A stretch of DNA of 64,000 nucleotides from contig CDPCPM010000311.1 of the NCBI GenBank assembly GCA_976551045.1, positions 2,790,001 through 2,854,000 on the forward strand, in the 5' to 3' direction. A program made the position numbers and the translations under genes. Under the pieces are notes generated by a model that ran no database searches, was not told the origin of the DNA, and saw only the letters and a program-made list of their open reading frames with translations. This document shows, in pieces, positions 34,929-50,100 of the stretch; the stretch's first letter is position 1; each line of letters starts with the position of its first letter. Origin of the DNA: Glaucostegus cemiculus. Lineage: Eukaryota.

Positions 34929-35155
34929 CTATTCCTTTTCACATAGCTCAAACTTAGCAAGGTCACCTGTGGCCTGCTTGGAGGAAGAGTTCAGTTCCCC
35001 ATTTGTGACAAGATCGGCAGGTGTGCAAACTGCTGCCTTCCTGGAACTGACCAATGCGGGGTTGTTCAGGAGGGTGAACATCAGGGACCATCTTGCTCGG
35101 ATGCGTTTGGACTTGGTGGTCTTCACAGATGTCCGACTGGGCACCAACTGAATCC
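34929..35155 (-). CDS. STRA6: STRA6 coding exon 17 (last; calmodulin-binding helix)
   Basis: GIQLVPSRTSVKTTKSKRIRARWSLMFTLLNNPALVSSRK..CEKE*; TAG at 34931-34929. Confidence 0.93.
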
Positions 35156-38100
35156 CTGCAATCAGCATCAAAGCAAAAAAACATCTCAGTGGTTTAAGCA
35201 GCTACATAACACACAGCGTAACCTCTAACAGTTTAAGCAACAATTCATTGGATGGAGCCCAGGTGTTTCTGTGATAATCACCAGTCTGACACCATAAGGC
35301 AGGAGTGTGACACTGCATTGCATTTACAGTCAAAATGATGCTTAAACACAAATTAGAATTGGTATGAGAATCACAGTTTAAGGAAGTGCTCTGTCAAAGC
35401 TCAGAACATGGAGATAATGGTGGGAATATTCATCAGGACTTTCCCCACAAATCTTTGAAATTCAATCCATTCATCTTGGAATGGTTTAAATCTCACTAAA
35501 AGATTTTGGGGAAAACAAAAGTCCTGATGATGGTTGGGTTTGGAGAAAAAAGGCTTATTCCTATGGATTTATACCTTCAGGCTTTCTCTATCACTGTCAG
35601 TAGCAGCAAGAGAAACCAGTTCCCCCCCCCTCCCCCCCGAAGGGCAATTATCCCAAGGCCACTTTCAAAACCAAATGGGAATGAAAGGTCAGTACAGACA
35701 GTGAAGCATCACGCAGTTGGATACTCCAAACTATTTGCTTTTCAATTGGTGTGGAAAGAATGTGATGCAAGGACTGGTCCAGTTCAACTGAGCAGTGATG
35801 TGCATTTGGGGGCTTGTTGATTGGAGGTCATAATGAAACCTTAAGTGAGGCTCGATCAGTGAAAGGCACGGGGTGCTTGACCAGGACCAACACTAGATGC
35901 CTTTCCATTTGGATTTTCTTCATAATCAGTGAGAGGGTGTTAGTCCTGGATAGTGAACAATGTTCACATTCTCACGTACACAGCTAGTTACTGATCCTGT
36001 TGGTTCTATTCCCAGAATCTCAAACCTCTCTGCACTGCTATTAAATTATAAACATCTGATGGTTTAATTAGAAACAGCCAAGGAACTCAGTGGTTCAGTT
36101 CACAGAATACAGCACCACATCCAGCATGTTCGTGTTGGCTTATTGAGAGCTCAATAACTCCTCATCCCTTCATGCTTCTTTTATCTAAATATCTTTGCAA
36201 AGTTAGAGTCCAGTTCCCCAAGCAACACATTTCAGGCCCCTCAACCCATGTGAAACATTTCAGTTCTTTATCTTTGAAACTGCTGCCTACTGATCCATCC
36301 ACAGCAGAAACTACTTTAACCCCCCTGCTCAAGGAAAGAAAGCCCAGCTTCTTCACATGACCCAAAGTCCCCCATCCCAGGGGGATTTGAGACCCTGCTC
36401 TGCACCCACACCAAAACCACAACACTCCTCTGGGCACAACCAGTGATTACAAAAAGTCTGTTGGAAGAACTATAAACTTTGGTTAGGCAGCACTTGGGAA
36501 AATTGGTTGCAATTCTGGTTGCCACATTACAGGAAGGATGTGGAGGCTTTGGAGAGGGTGCAGAAGAGGTTCACCAGGGTGCCCCTTGGATTAGAGAGCA
36601 TGTGCTATGGGAAGAGGTTGGTCAGGATTGGGTTTTGTTTTCTCTGGAGTGCCAGAGACTGAAGGGAGACCTGATAGAAGGTCATAAAACTGAGGCGTAG
36701 CTAGGGTAGACAGTCAGAATCTGTCCCAGGGCAGGAATGTCAAATACCAGAGGACATGCATTTAAGGGGGGGGGGGGGAAATAGAAGGAAAAAAGTTGCA
36801 GTTTAATTACAGAAATAGAGTGGTAGGTGTCTGGAAGGGGTAGTAGTGGAAGCGGAGGTGATTAGTGTTGGACAGGCTGTTAGACATGAATATGCAGTGA
36901 TAATTGATGTTCAGGCAGAAGAGATTGTTTAATTCAGCATCATATTCAGCAGACAGCATGGGCTGAAGGGCCTGTTCCTGTGCTGATTTATGTTCTAAAA
37001 TCTTCAGTCCTTTGTTGCTACAACACATTGCTACCTAGAGTAGAAGTTAAGCAGACTCAGGCCTGGTTAGTACTTCAGTCAAAGACCAGAGACACTTGGT
37101 GCAGTGGGCATGATCTGGATGGAAGAACGTGTCACCAACATCTCCTCAGGGACCACCAGCAAGCTTTACATTCAAGCTCAGTCCAACAGCCTTGAGACCA
37201 TTTGCTTTTGTTGAGTATATACTAAGATTGTTATCCTCCATTTCCAGGCATTTCCCCCTCAATACAAGTGACTGACCTTCTTCATTTTTGCATTTATCAT
37301 CTCGACTTAACCCCGAGCCCTTGGACTGGAGGAGGAGAGCGCAGAATGCTTTCATCACTGGATGGGACTGGCTAACTTCCACCAGCAGGAAGCCAGTGTA
37401 ACACCGATAACCTGCCAGAAACAAAGTACCATTGGTGCGCATCAGCTTGAGGCCAACTAGCCATTACAAATTACACACACGCACAGACACAAGACACATT
37501 CCTGTTGCACAGGCAAGTAGCTGGGTATGTATTCTCTGGCAGCCTTTCACAAGATAATGGAGCAGAAGCAGGCCACTTGGCCCATCGACCCCATCCCCTA
37601 GTACTCACCAGGTGACCTTTGCTGCAAGTGGGAGAAATGAAATACTACACCAAATAAATGCACTAAAAGCTCAGCGGGGGAGGGGCGAACCGTTTACATT
37701 CAATAACCAATTTACAGCATCTACAACTTTTATCCCTAGAAATTCCAAAAATAAAAATTCTTGAAATGCTGGCATCTCAGTGGGGGAAAAAGAATTTCTA
37801 GTTGGTTAGTTTTATTTAAGATGTCCAGCATCAGTAGGGTTTTAGTTTAATTTTTTAAGGATATCTTCTCTCAAAAGACACTTTGACAGGTACATTGATA
37901 GGACAAATGCTGGCATATGGGAGCAGCGTTGATGGGCATCTTGGTCAGCATGGACCAGTTGGGCCGAAGTGCCTGTTTCTGGGCTGCATGACTATGGTTG
38001 CCAGTTGCCCACACATACTAAGAGAACACTGGTAGGCAATAGGAGATGAACAACATCCCACTCAACTGAAATTGTGGGGAGAGGTGAATTACTCAACATT

Positions 38101-41100
38101 TCATTAAAAGCTCACACTAATCTTGCCAATGTGTCTCAATGTGGTCCAAAGACAAGCAAATTGTTGGGGTATCCATGGCTAGTGCCACATGTCAATGATA
38201 GACTATTCAGACAAGGGGACTGTGGGACTACAGATAACTCAAACCAGAAGCAGGAGGTTGCAGATGGACTAATTGAATGACGACATACAAGCTTTTCAGT
38301 GAAAAATCAAAACACAGAAGGCAGATGCTGGAAATCTGAAATAAAAGTGGAAAATACTGGAAATACTCAGCAGGTCAGGCAGCATCTGACAAAGAGCTTT
38401 GGACTTGAAATGTTAACCATTTGTCTTTCCAGACAAGCCTTCCAGGCTGCACTGGGTGTTAAATTGCAACTAAAATTGGTATTAGGTTAGGAATCCAGCA
38501 AGAACACTTGACCAGACTTGATTTCAGGATTAAAAATCATCCCAGTCCAAACTCTTCCAATAGAACTGTAAATGTCATGCAAGTGGTATTGTTTGCACAG
38601 AACAGTGAAATTGAGACAAAACAAATAGTGAACTAAATTACCTAGGTCTAACGATTCTGCCCCTCGGTTTAGAAGGCTCATATCCAATCTACAAAAGTGA
38701 ATGATGTTGTAGATCTCTGTAAGGACTATGCGCCACACTCCAGTAATGAATCCGATCAAGACATTGAACATAAAGAACAGGTACGTGAAGATGTACAGGC
38801 TTCGTCTGCAAAAGAGATGATAAAGATTTGTGGTTTTATTTAAAGTTGGCTTCCACTTCCCAATGTGGAGTTTCCTCCTTAACCAACCAAGCTACATCCA
38901 GAGTACTGACACAGCCTCTAGTTCATGAGCCATCAGGAGGTGCAGAAGCCTGAAGTCCCACACTTCCAAGTTCAGGAACAGCTATTTTCCTATAACCATC
39001 AGGTTCTTGAACTGACCTGCACAACTCTAATCCCACCTCAGCTACAGAACACTATGCACCACCTCTTGCACTGCCATGGACTTGTCTCTGATGGTGTCTT
39101 TTTTACTTTCTCTCTTCACTGCCTGTATAATGAATATTCTGCATGTTATCTGTACCCGTGTGCCTGTGATGCTGTTGCAAGATTTTCCACTGTACTCATG
39201 ATAAACTTGGCTTGACTGTCCAAAATACCAAGCCTGCTGCTGTAATTGATGCATCACCATACTGATGGACCAAGGGGTCCTTGTGTAGGGGCTGAAGAAC
39301 CTGCCATTAGCTGGTGCCAAGACTTTGTAGCTGAGTGGAGAGCAAGTCATCAGGAAGCACGCTGATGGCTGCATTTAGAAGCTCTTGCTAGTCTTCCAGT
39401 TGGAATCTCGGCCAGGGCACGTCACGAATGGTCATGTTGACTACCCTTCAAGGAGCACGTTCTTGTCACATCTCATATCACCAAGCTGGGCTGTACAAAC
39501 TGCAATATCTTCCCCCCCCCCCCCCCCCCAAATACCTTTGATAGTTTCTGGAGTGGAACCGGAACCCACAACCGTCCAACTCCGGTGAAGAGCATTACTC
39601 ATGGAGGAACAACTACAATGCCGTTAGCTTCAATAACAGTTTACAGACCCTCAAAACAATCCCCCTCACTCATGAACCAACCACCTCTTTCACACCCCAT
39701 TCCCAGTGACGCTGCCATATTCTCAGACTCTTCTCTTTACCTGTTACTCCACTATTGCCACTTTAACCATTTCTTTCTGCATTACTTCAGTTTGCACTTC
39801 AACCTTTGCATCATTCTGCAGTTTCACACTTGTCGTTGTATCTATCACCACCATTATTCTACTTGCTCTTCATATGAGCAAGGAATTTTGTTAGACCCTG
39901 GTGAATGTGACAATAAACCAATCTGAATCAAAACTTGTACCTATTAGTAATACTCTGGCTTTTCCCATCCTTCTGCAGAAAGAGAAGTCGAGCTAGAAAG
40001 TGTTGAATCAATAGGACCACAATCAACGCCAACCAGAAGGGCCTTAAGGAAAGAAATATTAATATAATTAATAAAATCACTTGCAAGTTATGATCCTTAA
40101 TTTAATAAAGGCCATTATTAAAAAGGCAGAGACAATCCAAGGGTCCAGACAAACAAATCAGAGGATGTGGAGTTTGATGAAGACAAATTTACCCCAGTAA
40201 CATGCATCTCCAAGACCTGACCCATGCAGGAAACTTCTCTCCAACCTTGGGTCATCTTGGTCTTCATGGTTTGTGGGGCTTCAATCCACTCGATTTAGCT
40301 ACAAGTTTTCCCCCCCACATTTAAAAATATGAACACCAGGAAGAGGAGGCTGACTTGAAGCAGAAGGGCTGATATCCAGGATTTGCTGGACAATCAATCT
40401 GCGGGAAAGGTTAATTGACAAGGACAGGTCACGCAAATGAAGCTCGTGGCCCCTCGTGAGATTAGGGGTGTGGTGTTAGGTGATATGATTAACATGGATC
40501 AATACAGAACAGGCCCTTCAGCCCACAATATTGTGCCGACCTATATAAACTTACTCCACGATCAATCTAACCCTTCCCTCCTGAAGGTCACAGTTATTAC
40601 AAGTTGACAACTTGTCTCCATCTTTCATGCCATTTCTTCAGGTGGGTGGGTACTGATCAGTAAGCAATCCTGATAACTCAAGTGAAATCAAGGAACACTT
40701 AAAAAGGCTTGTGAAATTTGGGACCTCAAAAAAAGAGAGATCGGGGAGTGTTCAAGCCAATTGAAAAATAATTTCAATGTTAACTTCACCCAGTACAAAG
40801 TTAAGATGCAGATCAACCATAATCTGACTGAATGGGAGAAGAGGCTCAAGGGGCTATGGGTGGTCCTAGAGAGACAAGCAAATCGCCCAACATCTAATGA
40901 ATTGTAACAGATAGGAAGTGTTGGGGAGGAAAGTGCAAACCTTCAGGAGGTGGTGTGCCCATGAATGGCTTCCCAAAAAGTTAACATCTTTGTGTTGAAC
41001 ACTCTGGCCCGACGGATTCTGTGATCTAATCCATAGTTTGCCAGCAAAAGGGTAAAGTTACTTGCTGGCAGATACTCCATAACCATCATCCTAATTACAT

Positions 41101-44100
41101 TGTGGGAAAGGTTGCTGGTACACAAACAGAATGATGTCATTCATTTTCAGAATACCAAACATTTCCCCCTTTCTTTTAAGTAGTGTTCAGTGATGTAATG
41201 GCAAATTCCAGCTCACTGAGCAAAATTGTATTAGTGATTTAGCAGCAAAGGCCAAATCAGTTTATTCATGTTAGAGGTTGGGAGGGGGGGGTGGAATTTT
41301 TTTTTTAAATTTATTAAATTTATTACAGCGTGGTAACAGGCCCTTACAGCCCAATGAGTCCGTGCTGCCCATTTTAAACCCCCCAAATTAACCTACCCGT
41401 ACGTCTTTTAGAATGTGGGAGGAAACCGGAGCACCCAGAGGAAACCCATGCGGACACAAGAGAACATACAAACTCCTTACAGTCAGCGACAGGACTCGAA
41501 CCCCAATTGCTGGCACTGTAACAGCATTGCGCTAACCGCTACCCTATAAGATGAAAAACACTGTTGCTGGAGGAACTCAGCAGGCCAGGCAGCATCCATG
41601 GAGAAAAGCAGGCAGTCAACATTTCAGGTCAGATACAAACTGTTGACCGCCTGCTTTTCTCCATGGATGCTGCCTGGCCTGCTGAATTTCTCTGGCATTG
41701 TTGTGTTTTTCATCTAGATGCCAGCATCTGCCGTCCTTTGTTTCTCAAGGCAAATGAAGACACTGATATCAAAGACAAAACACATTTCCCTTTCACCGGT
41801 CAGCAATAAGATATGTAAAGTGTTACTCCTATCAGGAGCCAGGAAATTAGAAGGGTTCTGGACAGTACACTCACCACATGCTCTCTAGGACCTTGAAGAG
41901 AATCAGGTTTCGCCCATAGAGGATGGGGACAACGACAAGGAAGGAAAATAGGAGGAAGCACAAGAAGAACACCAGCAGTTGTATAAAGAGACCTGCGTGG
42001 AAGGTTGAAAAGAGAATGTGATTATTTAACATTTCAATAAAATCAACATTCAGGTCTTCCTTTGTTGGTTAATCAACCCTGTGCACGAGTGTTGCAATAA
42101 GCACCAACAATCTCTACTGATGCTCAATGACACATGTTCTACCACAAGCCATCAGCCTCTTTAAGAGGCTCAACTGACCAGGAATTCAGCTGGATTAGCC
42201 ACACACATACTGTGCCAATGCACTAGGTCAGAGACTCCATATCCCTGCAACCAGCAACTCTGCTCTCAACAACCCCACCCATCAGTGAGTCTTAGCCATG
42301 GACTGTGGCAGAATTTTCTCTGCTTGAACGCAGCCCCAACTAGCTTATCCAGGACAAAGTACTCCCCACCACCCATTCACTTGCTCCACTACCAGTGCAC
42401 AATGGCTGCAGTGTGTACTGTCTACAGTCTGCACCGTGGCTACCTTCCTAGGCTACTTCAGCAAACCGCTCCCAAATCCACCACCTCTACCAAAAGGGCA
42501 ACAGTTGCAAAGGAACACCATTGCATGCAGTCACCCCCAAGTCACATCCTGACTTCTATCATTGCTTGTTCCAAATCCTGGAACCTGCTACCTAACATAA
42601 TAGAAGTACCTTCACCAGAAGTACTGCAGCTTCTGTTCCCCTTCAGGTATTAGTTGCACATGTAGAGCCATGTACAGTGCACAGCCAGGCCACTTGACCC
42701 ATCTGCCCTGTTAATGTCTCAGAGGAACTTAATCACGGCCTACTCAATGACAAGTATGCCCTTCCATTTTAAGATGAGCCAGAGAATTCTCTTGCTCTAT
42801 TCCTGCTGCTTTAACCCTACACTAGTACTTTGAGAGTCCAGCCTCTTATGGCGAGTGATGCAAAATGAGCCTGTTAAAATCCTTTTCTGAATTTGTAGAT
42901 TTTTGTTTATTATTTAACTTTGAGGAGTGTTGGAGAACCTGTTCTCCACATCCAAGAGACACCAAACCTGAGATTTACACTTGGTTTTCACCCAGATTCT
43001 TTTACAATTTCCACATGGAGATAGAAACAGATTTTAATCTATCCAGCACTGGTTACCCAAGGTGATGTGCGCAGCCTGGTAACTGGTGAAGCTCATCCAA
43101 CAGACAATGGCAGACCGAGAGGGTCTGATACGCTTCTGGACATTGAAGACTTTGTACGTGTCTCCTCGATAGAGGGTCTTCAGGTTCTCTCTATTAATGG
43201 AGGGGGGGGGGAGAAAGAGTTAGTGGTTACACTCAAACAAATATACAGAGACACAGCACAAAATAGAGCACATTCCTATTATGAGCAGCTATAAAAAGGG
43301 GAAAACATAGATCTATATTCTATGCAGTTTATAAGAATGGGGGGTTGGGGGGAACCTTGAATTGTACAAGACCCTGAGAGGATAGATGTCAAGCTGTTGC
43401 CATGACTAGGACAATGTTGAACAAGAATTGCCACAAAATTAGGGGATTGGAGTACGCTTGCTGCAAGGAGAGATTGGACAAACTCCGATTGTTCTCTTTG
43501 GTGCAAGGGGGAAAGGGGTGAAACTTTTAGTGCCAAGTGGTCATAGTGTTGCTGGACTGTAATGATTAGAGCTGTCCTGCTTGGTTCAATAACCAAATGG
43601 TTGAAGTAGCTGTATAAAAAAAATGCGGGATAGTTGATCTTCCATCTTCTATTATTGCAGCAATAAAAAGCCAATTACAATTCTAAGGGTAATATAATAA
43701 CTTAAGTTGGGCCAGAAGGACCTGTTCCTCTGCTGTGCAAATATACATCACCCACGATTAGGAAACAGAGCAAGTAGTGGCAAAAATCAGTTGCATCACA
43801 ACTAGTCAGTCACAGAAATTTAAGGTGGTGAACATTACTATTTAGCATTCTTACAGAAGAGTTTATTATACAAAAAATTAATTCTCTGCTCACCAATTAC
43901 AAGGAAAAACACATTTCTAAGTTTGTTAGGAAGTAGTTACCTATGCAAAACCATAGACCTCATTAACATTAGGAGGGTGAAGCAACAGGAAACTGTGATG
44001 GCAGACACATAGCAGGCTGTAGGAAGAAAAATGAATGAGTGTTTTTATATCACACTATCTGATATCATACTGAAAAAGATGAAACTAGTGTTTTGTGCAA

Positions 44101-47100
44101 GTCAGTTAACAATATATTACAAGGGATACAGATCTTTAAATGTTAGCTGCCATCTCTTTCAGTTTATTCAGTCTTTCTACAGTATACCCAAGAGATGACC
44201 AACTATAAAGCTTGATATTAGATTCAACAGGAAGCCAACAGTCCTGTGGTAGGACCACCAAGACGATTTATGAGTGTTTAAAAAAAACCCAAAAAACTAA
44301 ATTCTAATCCAGCTGGTACCTTCCAAGATCCAGAAGTAATATTTGACAATTTTGAGAACTTCACTCCTCTTATCTGAAAGATGGATTCCAAACCCCTCAA
44401 GTATGTAGGATATCTCTTCACGGACTCCAGCTCGCATCTTCTGCAAGGTTGGGACAACATAGACCACAAGCAGAAGAGCAACCTACAGGAGGGGGAAGAG
44501 AGCAAGAGCTATACAAAGAGAGAAAAATGACATAGGACCAATGTCAAACAAGAAGCCTCTTAATTACTAACTGGATCCAGGAAATAGGCCGTTGATATAC
44601 ATTTAAAACGATCTACAACAACCTTTAATGTTGTGACTGACCCAATCAACATCACAAGTAAATGAAGTCAGAAAGAAAAATTCAGAAATTAAAACAAAAA
44701 ATTGCTGGTGACACTCAGCAGGTCAAATCACACGTGGAGAGGGCAGCAGGTAGTGTTTCAGGTCAAGGATCAGTTTTCAAGACTGAGAAATGAAAACAAA
44801 CCAGTTTTAAGTTGCAGGGGGTGCGGGAAGACATGGCTAGGCCAAAGCCAGGGGTGCCCACGTAATCCCAATGTTTAATACTCAACTCTGACCTGTGTTA
44901 TCAGATGCCTTGGGCCTCAATGGAATGCCACAGCAAGCCTGGGAAACAGCACTGCATCTTCTGTCTGAAAACATTGCAGCTTTCTGCACTCAACAGCACC
45001 AGGTAACTCACTATGCCATCATCAGAACTAACCAGTTCTGATACAAGATTATCCATCTCTGCTATTAATTCTGGTTTACTTGCACCTGGCATTGCCCAAT
45101 ATTCTGAAATTTCATTACAACGGTACAGGCCCTTCAGCCCATGATGTTGGGCTGTCATTTGATCCTACTCCAAGATCTATCTAATCCTTCCCTCCTACAT
45201 AGCCCTCCATTTCTCTATCATTCATGTCTATCCAAGAGTCTCTTAAAATGTCCCTCATGTATCTGCCTCCACAACCTCAGCCAGCAGCACATTCCATGCA
45301 TCCACCACTCTTTAAAAAACTTACCTCTGACATCCCCCTTATACCTTCCTCCAAACACCTTAAAATTATGCCCCCTCGTGTTAGCCATCGTCACCCTGGG
45401 GGGGAAAAAAATCTGACTGTGCACTCGAGCTACGCCTCTCATCATCTTGTACACCTCTATCAAACCACCTATCATCCTCCTCCTCTCCAAAGAGAAAGCC
45501 TGAGCTCAACCCATCCTCAAGACATCAACCTATCCTATTCTCATAGGACATCCAGGCAGCATTCTGGTAAACCTCCTGCGAACCCTAAAGCTTCCACATC
45601 CATCCTATAATGAGGCGAACAGAACTGAACACAATACTGCAAGTGTGGTCTAACCAGAGTTCTATAGAGCTGCAACAATACCTCTCTGCTCTTCTTAAAT
45701 ACCCTGACTAATGAAGACCAACACACCATACGCCTTCTTAACAACCCTACTGACCTGCGTGGAAACCTTGAGGGATCTATGGACATAAACCCCAAGATTC
45801 TCCTGTTCCAAGAGTTCTGCCATTACTTGTACTCTGCTTTCAAATTCAATCTCTCCAAGTGTATCACTTCACACTTATCCGGATTGAACTCCATCTGACA
45901 CTTCTCAGCCCAGCTCTGCATTCTAGCAGTATCCTGTCTTTTAGATGTTATTTGTACCTGCCTCAAGTACTTCCTCTGGTAGCTTGTTCCATATCCTCAC
46001 CACAAAGAATTTGCCCTTCATGTCCCTTTTAAATTTTTCCCCTCTCACCTTAAATCTATGCCCTCTAATTTGGTTTCATTGAGGAAAAAGACTGAATTCA
46101 TCATAGAATCATATGATCTGCTCTACTGATGTTATTGAAGGACAAATACTGCCTAGGACTGAGGTCTTGGCTTATTGTTTCATCCACAAGGCACACATGT
46201 GCACAAAGTAGACTGCTAATACAAATATTAAGTTGATGGGACTGGCTTTACTGGTTTGAAACCAAGGTCTCACAAAACACCAATGAGGCCAGGCTGTTTG
46301 AAACATTCCAGTAAATTTCCCCACATAAAGAAAACTGATGGATGAACATGAAGTGGACGTAGACGAGTTAGGTGGTGCAGATCCAAGGCCACATTTTAAT
46401 CAATATAGCTACCTGATAGATAGTAACCAGGGCCACAGTCATTGACACGGTTAGTTTTGGTGGAATTCTGAATCCTGCATAAAAAGACAATTGGTATGTT
46501 ATTGTCACATGCACCGAGATAGTGAAAAGCTTTTGTTTGCACTGCCTTCCAGACAGATCAGTCCATACGTAGAGTGGGTACAAAAGAACAAAACAATGCA
46601 GAATGTAGTGTTACAATTACAAAGAAAGCGCAGTGCAGCTAGACAATAAGGTGCAGGGGCCATGACAGAAGTAGATTAAGAGTTAAAAGGAGAAAATGTT
46701 TTTTTTTAAAAGAGGGACCCTCTTCTCTAGAACGAATATTCAACATTCACCACGTGTCCTCCCACCTCTCTAATAATGGTGAACTCAAAACATTCAAGTG
46801 CAAGAAACCTTGTAGCTATCATTTGCAATACATGCAGCGCTTTAAGGATAGAAAAGAAAACAGGCAGTGACCTTCAGCTAGATGATACCACTGCTAAGGA
46901 AAAAAAAGTGTCTCACTGTTACCTGGAAAGGCAAACAAGCCAAAACGTGTGGTGGGTGGGGGAACCTCCGAACCGAGTTTTCCAAACTGCTGCACTAACC
47001 TACATTTGTCCGAGGAAGTTTAAAACCAGTGGCAATTCCATTTGACTCCAATTCCCTCAAACAGGATGGGGACAAACATCCCAATGCACTCCACCCTTTC

Positions 47101-50100
47101 AAAAGGAGCATTGGGATTCAGCAGACATTTATGAACTGCTCAAAGCCATGAAGTAGGGTGGATGGGTTTGATAGGTGGGCAAGAGCTATTTTTGGGAAGT
47201 GTTGCTATTTAAATGTACAATGGTAATAGATTTAATTGCAATTTTACAAAGGGGACTGGATATGCATATGGCATGATAAACAGGACAGAGCTGGAACTCA
47301 TCTTATTTACATTTACTTTACATTTATTTACAGCGTGGTAACAGGCCCTTTTGGTCCTCCAAGTCCACGCCACCCATTTTAAACCCCCAGATTAACCTAC
47401 CCGTAAGTCTTTCAGAATGTGGGAGGAAACCGGAGCACCCGGAGGGAACCCACGCAGACATGGGAGAACGTACAAACTCCTTACAGACAGCGACAGGAAT
47501 CGAACCTCGAGTGCTGGTGCTGTAACAGTGTCGCTCTAACTGCTACGCTATCGTGCCGCCCATCTAATGGGCCAAACGGCTTTATCCATTGAATGGAGAT
47601 AGAGACCACAATTGAAATCTATTCTATTATCTGTGTCCTTGTACAAGTTGAGTAGAGATGAAGCAGTTACTGAGTGTTGAGAGTTGGAAGGAGACCAATC
47701 TGAGTTTCAGGCTTACCTTTCATTGGTATGTAGATATAGGATCGAATTAAAGTCCTTATTTTGGATGAGAGGCTGGGCTGGTTTGTGCAGATGCTAATGA
47801 GGTATGTGGGGAGGGAAAAAAAACATACATTAAGCTCTTGAAATGACAAAGTCAGATGTGAAGAGTTAAAGTCAACTCCTGTGATGGTACAGACATGGAG
47901 TATTCCCAAACCTGTTCTTCGATGGTCTTTTCCTCAGCAAGAGCTTCAAGTAATCGGTGTAGTATTCATCAGCTTGACACTGAAGGTGGGGTGGGAGGGA
48001 AGCAGAGAAGTTTAGTGAGAGGTAAATACCAAGAACCAACAGCATAACCCTGGGGTTTCCAGCCCATGATGTTTGATGGAACTTGAATCAGTTATCCTGC
48101 TGACTGCACTATACCTTTCAACAAGATACGGTGGGCATGCAGGCAACAAAACTATTGGTTATTCAACACGAAGGATGATCTAATGGTCATGTTTTTCTGA
48201 ATTTTGACAGACAATTGGCTGCCAGCTAAGGTAGACTTACAATAGCCAGTAACCAATAACACCTGACAGCATGCTAGTCTGATTTTCTTGACTCCACCAC
48301 AGATAATTTATAACAAGCACTATTTTGCCCATCTAGTCAACAAGGAATGCATCTCTCCTGCCAGTGTCCATAATTCTGCACATCACAGCTTTTAGCTGTG
48401 ATTATAGCTTCTTTTACCATCTTTTCAGGCAGAAAGCTCTAAACTCCCACCACATCCCAAACATTTTTCCTCCTCTTCCCCACCCCTAATCCTACTACCA
48501 GTTACTTCAAATCTATGATGTCCTTTGATTTGGAACCTCAGCTAAGAGATCTCAGAAGGGCCCCTCAATTAAAAATTTCCCTCAACCACATCATTTCCAC
48601 AGAAAGCCTCAAATTTTCCTCATAGCTCCAATTTACTCGTTTCGCTAACACTCATGTAGCTCTCTACACTGGTCTAAACCTCAACATCTTTGGCCCTCCC
48701 TTGTAGGCCAGGGACACTCCCTCTGGAAATAAAGGCCAACATGTGGCACCATATGGTAATCTCAGATGGGAAACTCTTAGGTAAGTAATGGCTCAAGGGT
48801 AGGGGTGGAACCAAGTCTAAAAGTGATAGGGATGCACTTGGAGGCCAGGCTAGAGTAGCTAGATATTTAGCTTTACAAAAAAAGCCCTTTTACTTTTGAT
48901 GTGTTGTTTGAGATTGGATAGCACCATCACCCGGAGGGAAAGCTGGTAACTCAAATACCAGGGATGTTTTGGATGCACTGTGCTGTTATCTGCTCTACCC
49001 TGAAACACTAAAAAAAAATTCAGCAGCAAGGACCTGGGTTTACATTGCACAATAGTTTCCCCAAAGAATGTCAAGAGTGAATGTTAATTTAATGGCACCA
49101 TCTTGACCCCTAGTCAAGAACAAAATTTCTCAGTCACTAAACCTTACACTTGACAGGTGCAAAAAGTCAATTCACTATGGTATTCTTCAGAGTAAATTTC
49201 AATCAATGTTGTCAGATGAGGGACTGAGATCCAGGGATCTCATCTATTCCTCCAGAAATCAGTCTTCAAATCCCACCAGGACAGCTGGGGAAAAAAATGC
49301 AAATTCAAAGAAATAAATCTGGACAGCTGATACCATCATGAAGCATCACCCTGCTTTGTTAACGACCTGCGAAGGAAGTCTGCTGTTCTTTGCAACTCTA
49401 GGCCTTCCAAACTTCCCTATAAACCTCTCAGAGCACAGGGGGTTTGGGACAACCAATAGAATTCTATCCTTGCCAATGACATCCGCATCCTGAGAACAAG
49501 AAGAGTTCCAAGACTCTTCAGAAGGATTGAGCAAAGAAAAATGTTGACCCCCAAGTCACGAGAGATTAGAACAGGTGAGCACTTAGAACACTTTTCTATC
49601 CATCTCTGCAGAATGCAAGCTGTGAAGAGCTGACAAGGGTATGAGACAAGAGTACTGGTTACGGGAGTGGTCAAAGTTCAAGCAACTGGAGTATGATGCG
49701 GGAAAAAGATTAAAATTGTTCACTTTAGCAGACAAAAATATTATCCAAATTGCAAGATATTGCCAAGCTTGGACACTCATTCCTCTGCATCTCAGACCAT
49801 AGTCCCCAAAAAGCCAGTGTACAGGTAGAGGAGGAAAATTACATGCAATCCATCTGATCCAGATTCTCACACTGTATAAAGTTTTTCCTTTATCTTTAAA
49901 TTTCCTCCTTTTCTGATGTCTTTTTGTCTTGCACTGTACTGCTGCCACAAAACAAATTTCACAACCCACGTCAGTGATAATAAACCCCAATTGATTCCTT
50001 TGCATCATATCTGTGACCTGTAGTTCTCAACCCCTCCAAAAAAGGAGCTATCCACCCACTATCCACCTTTTTATATATTTACATCAAATCTTCCCTTGGC

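Noticed and set aside
44901-45158. ORF in a STRA6 intron as a possible extra exon
   Set aside because: No STRA6 similarity, it starts within a CR1 tail, and the flanking exons already join in frame.
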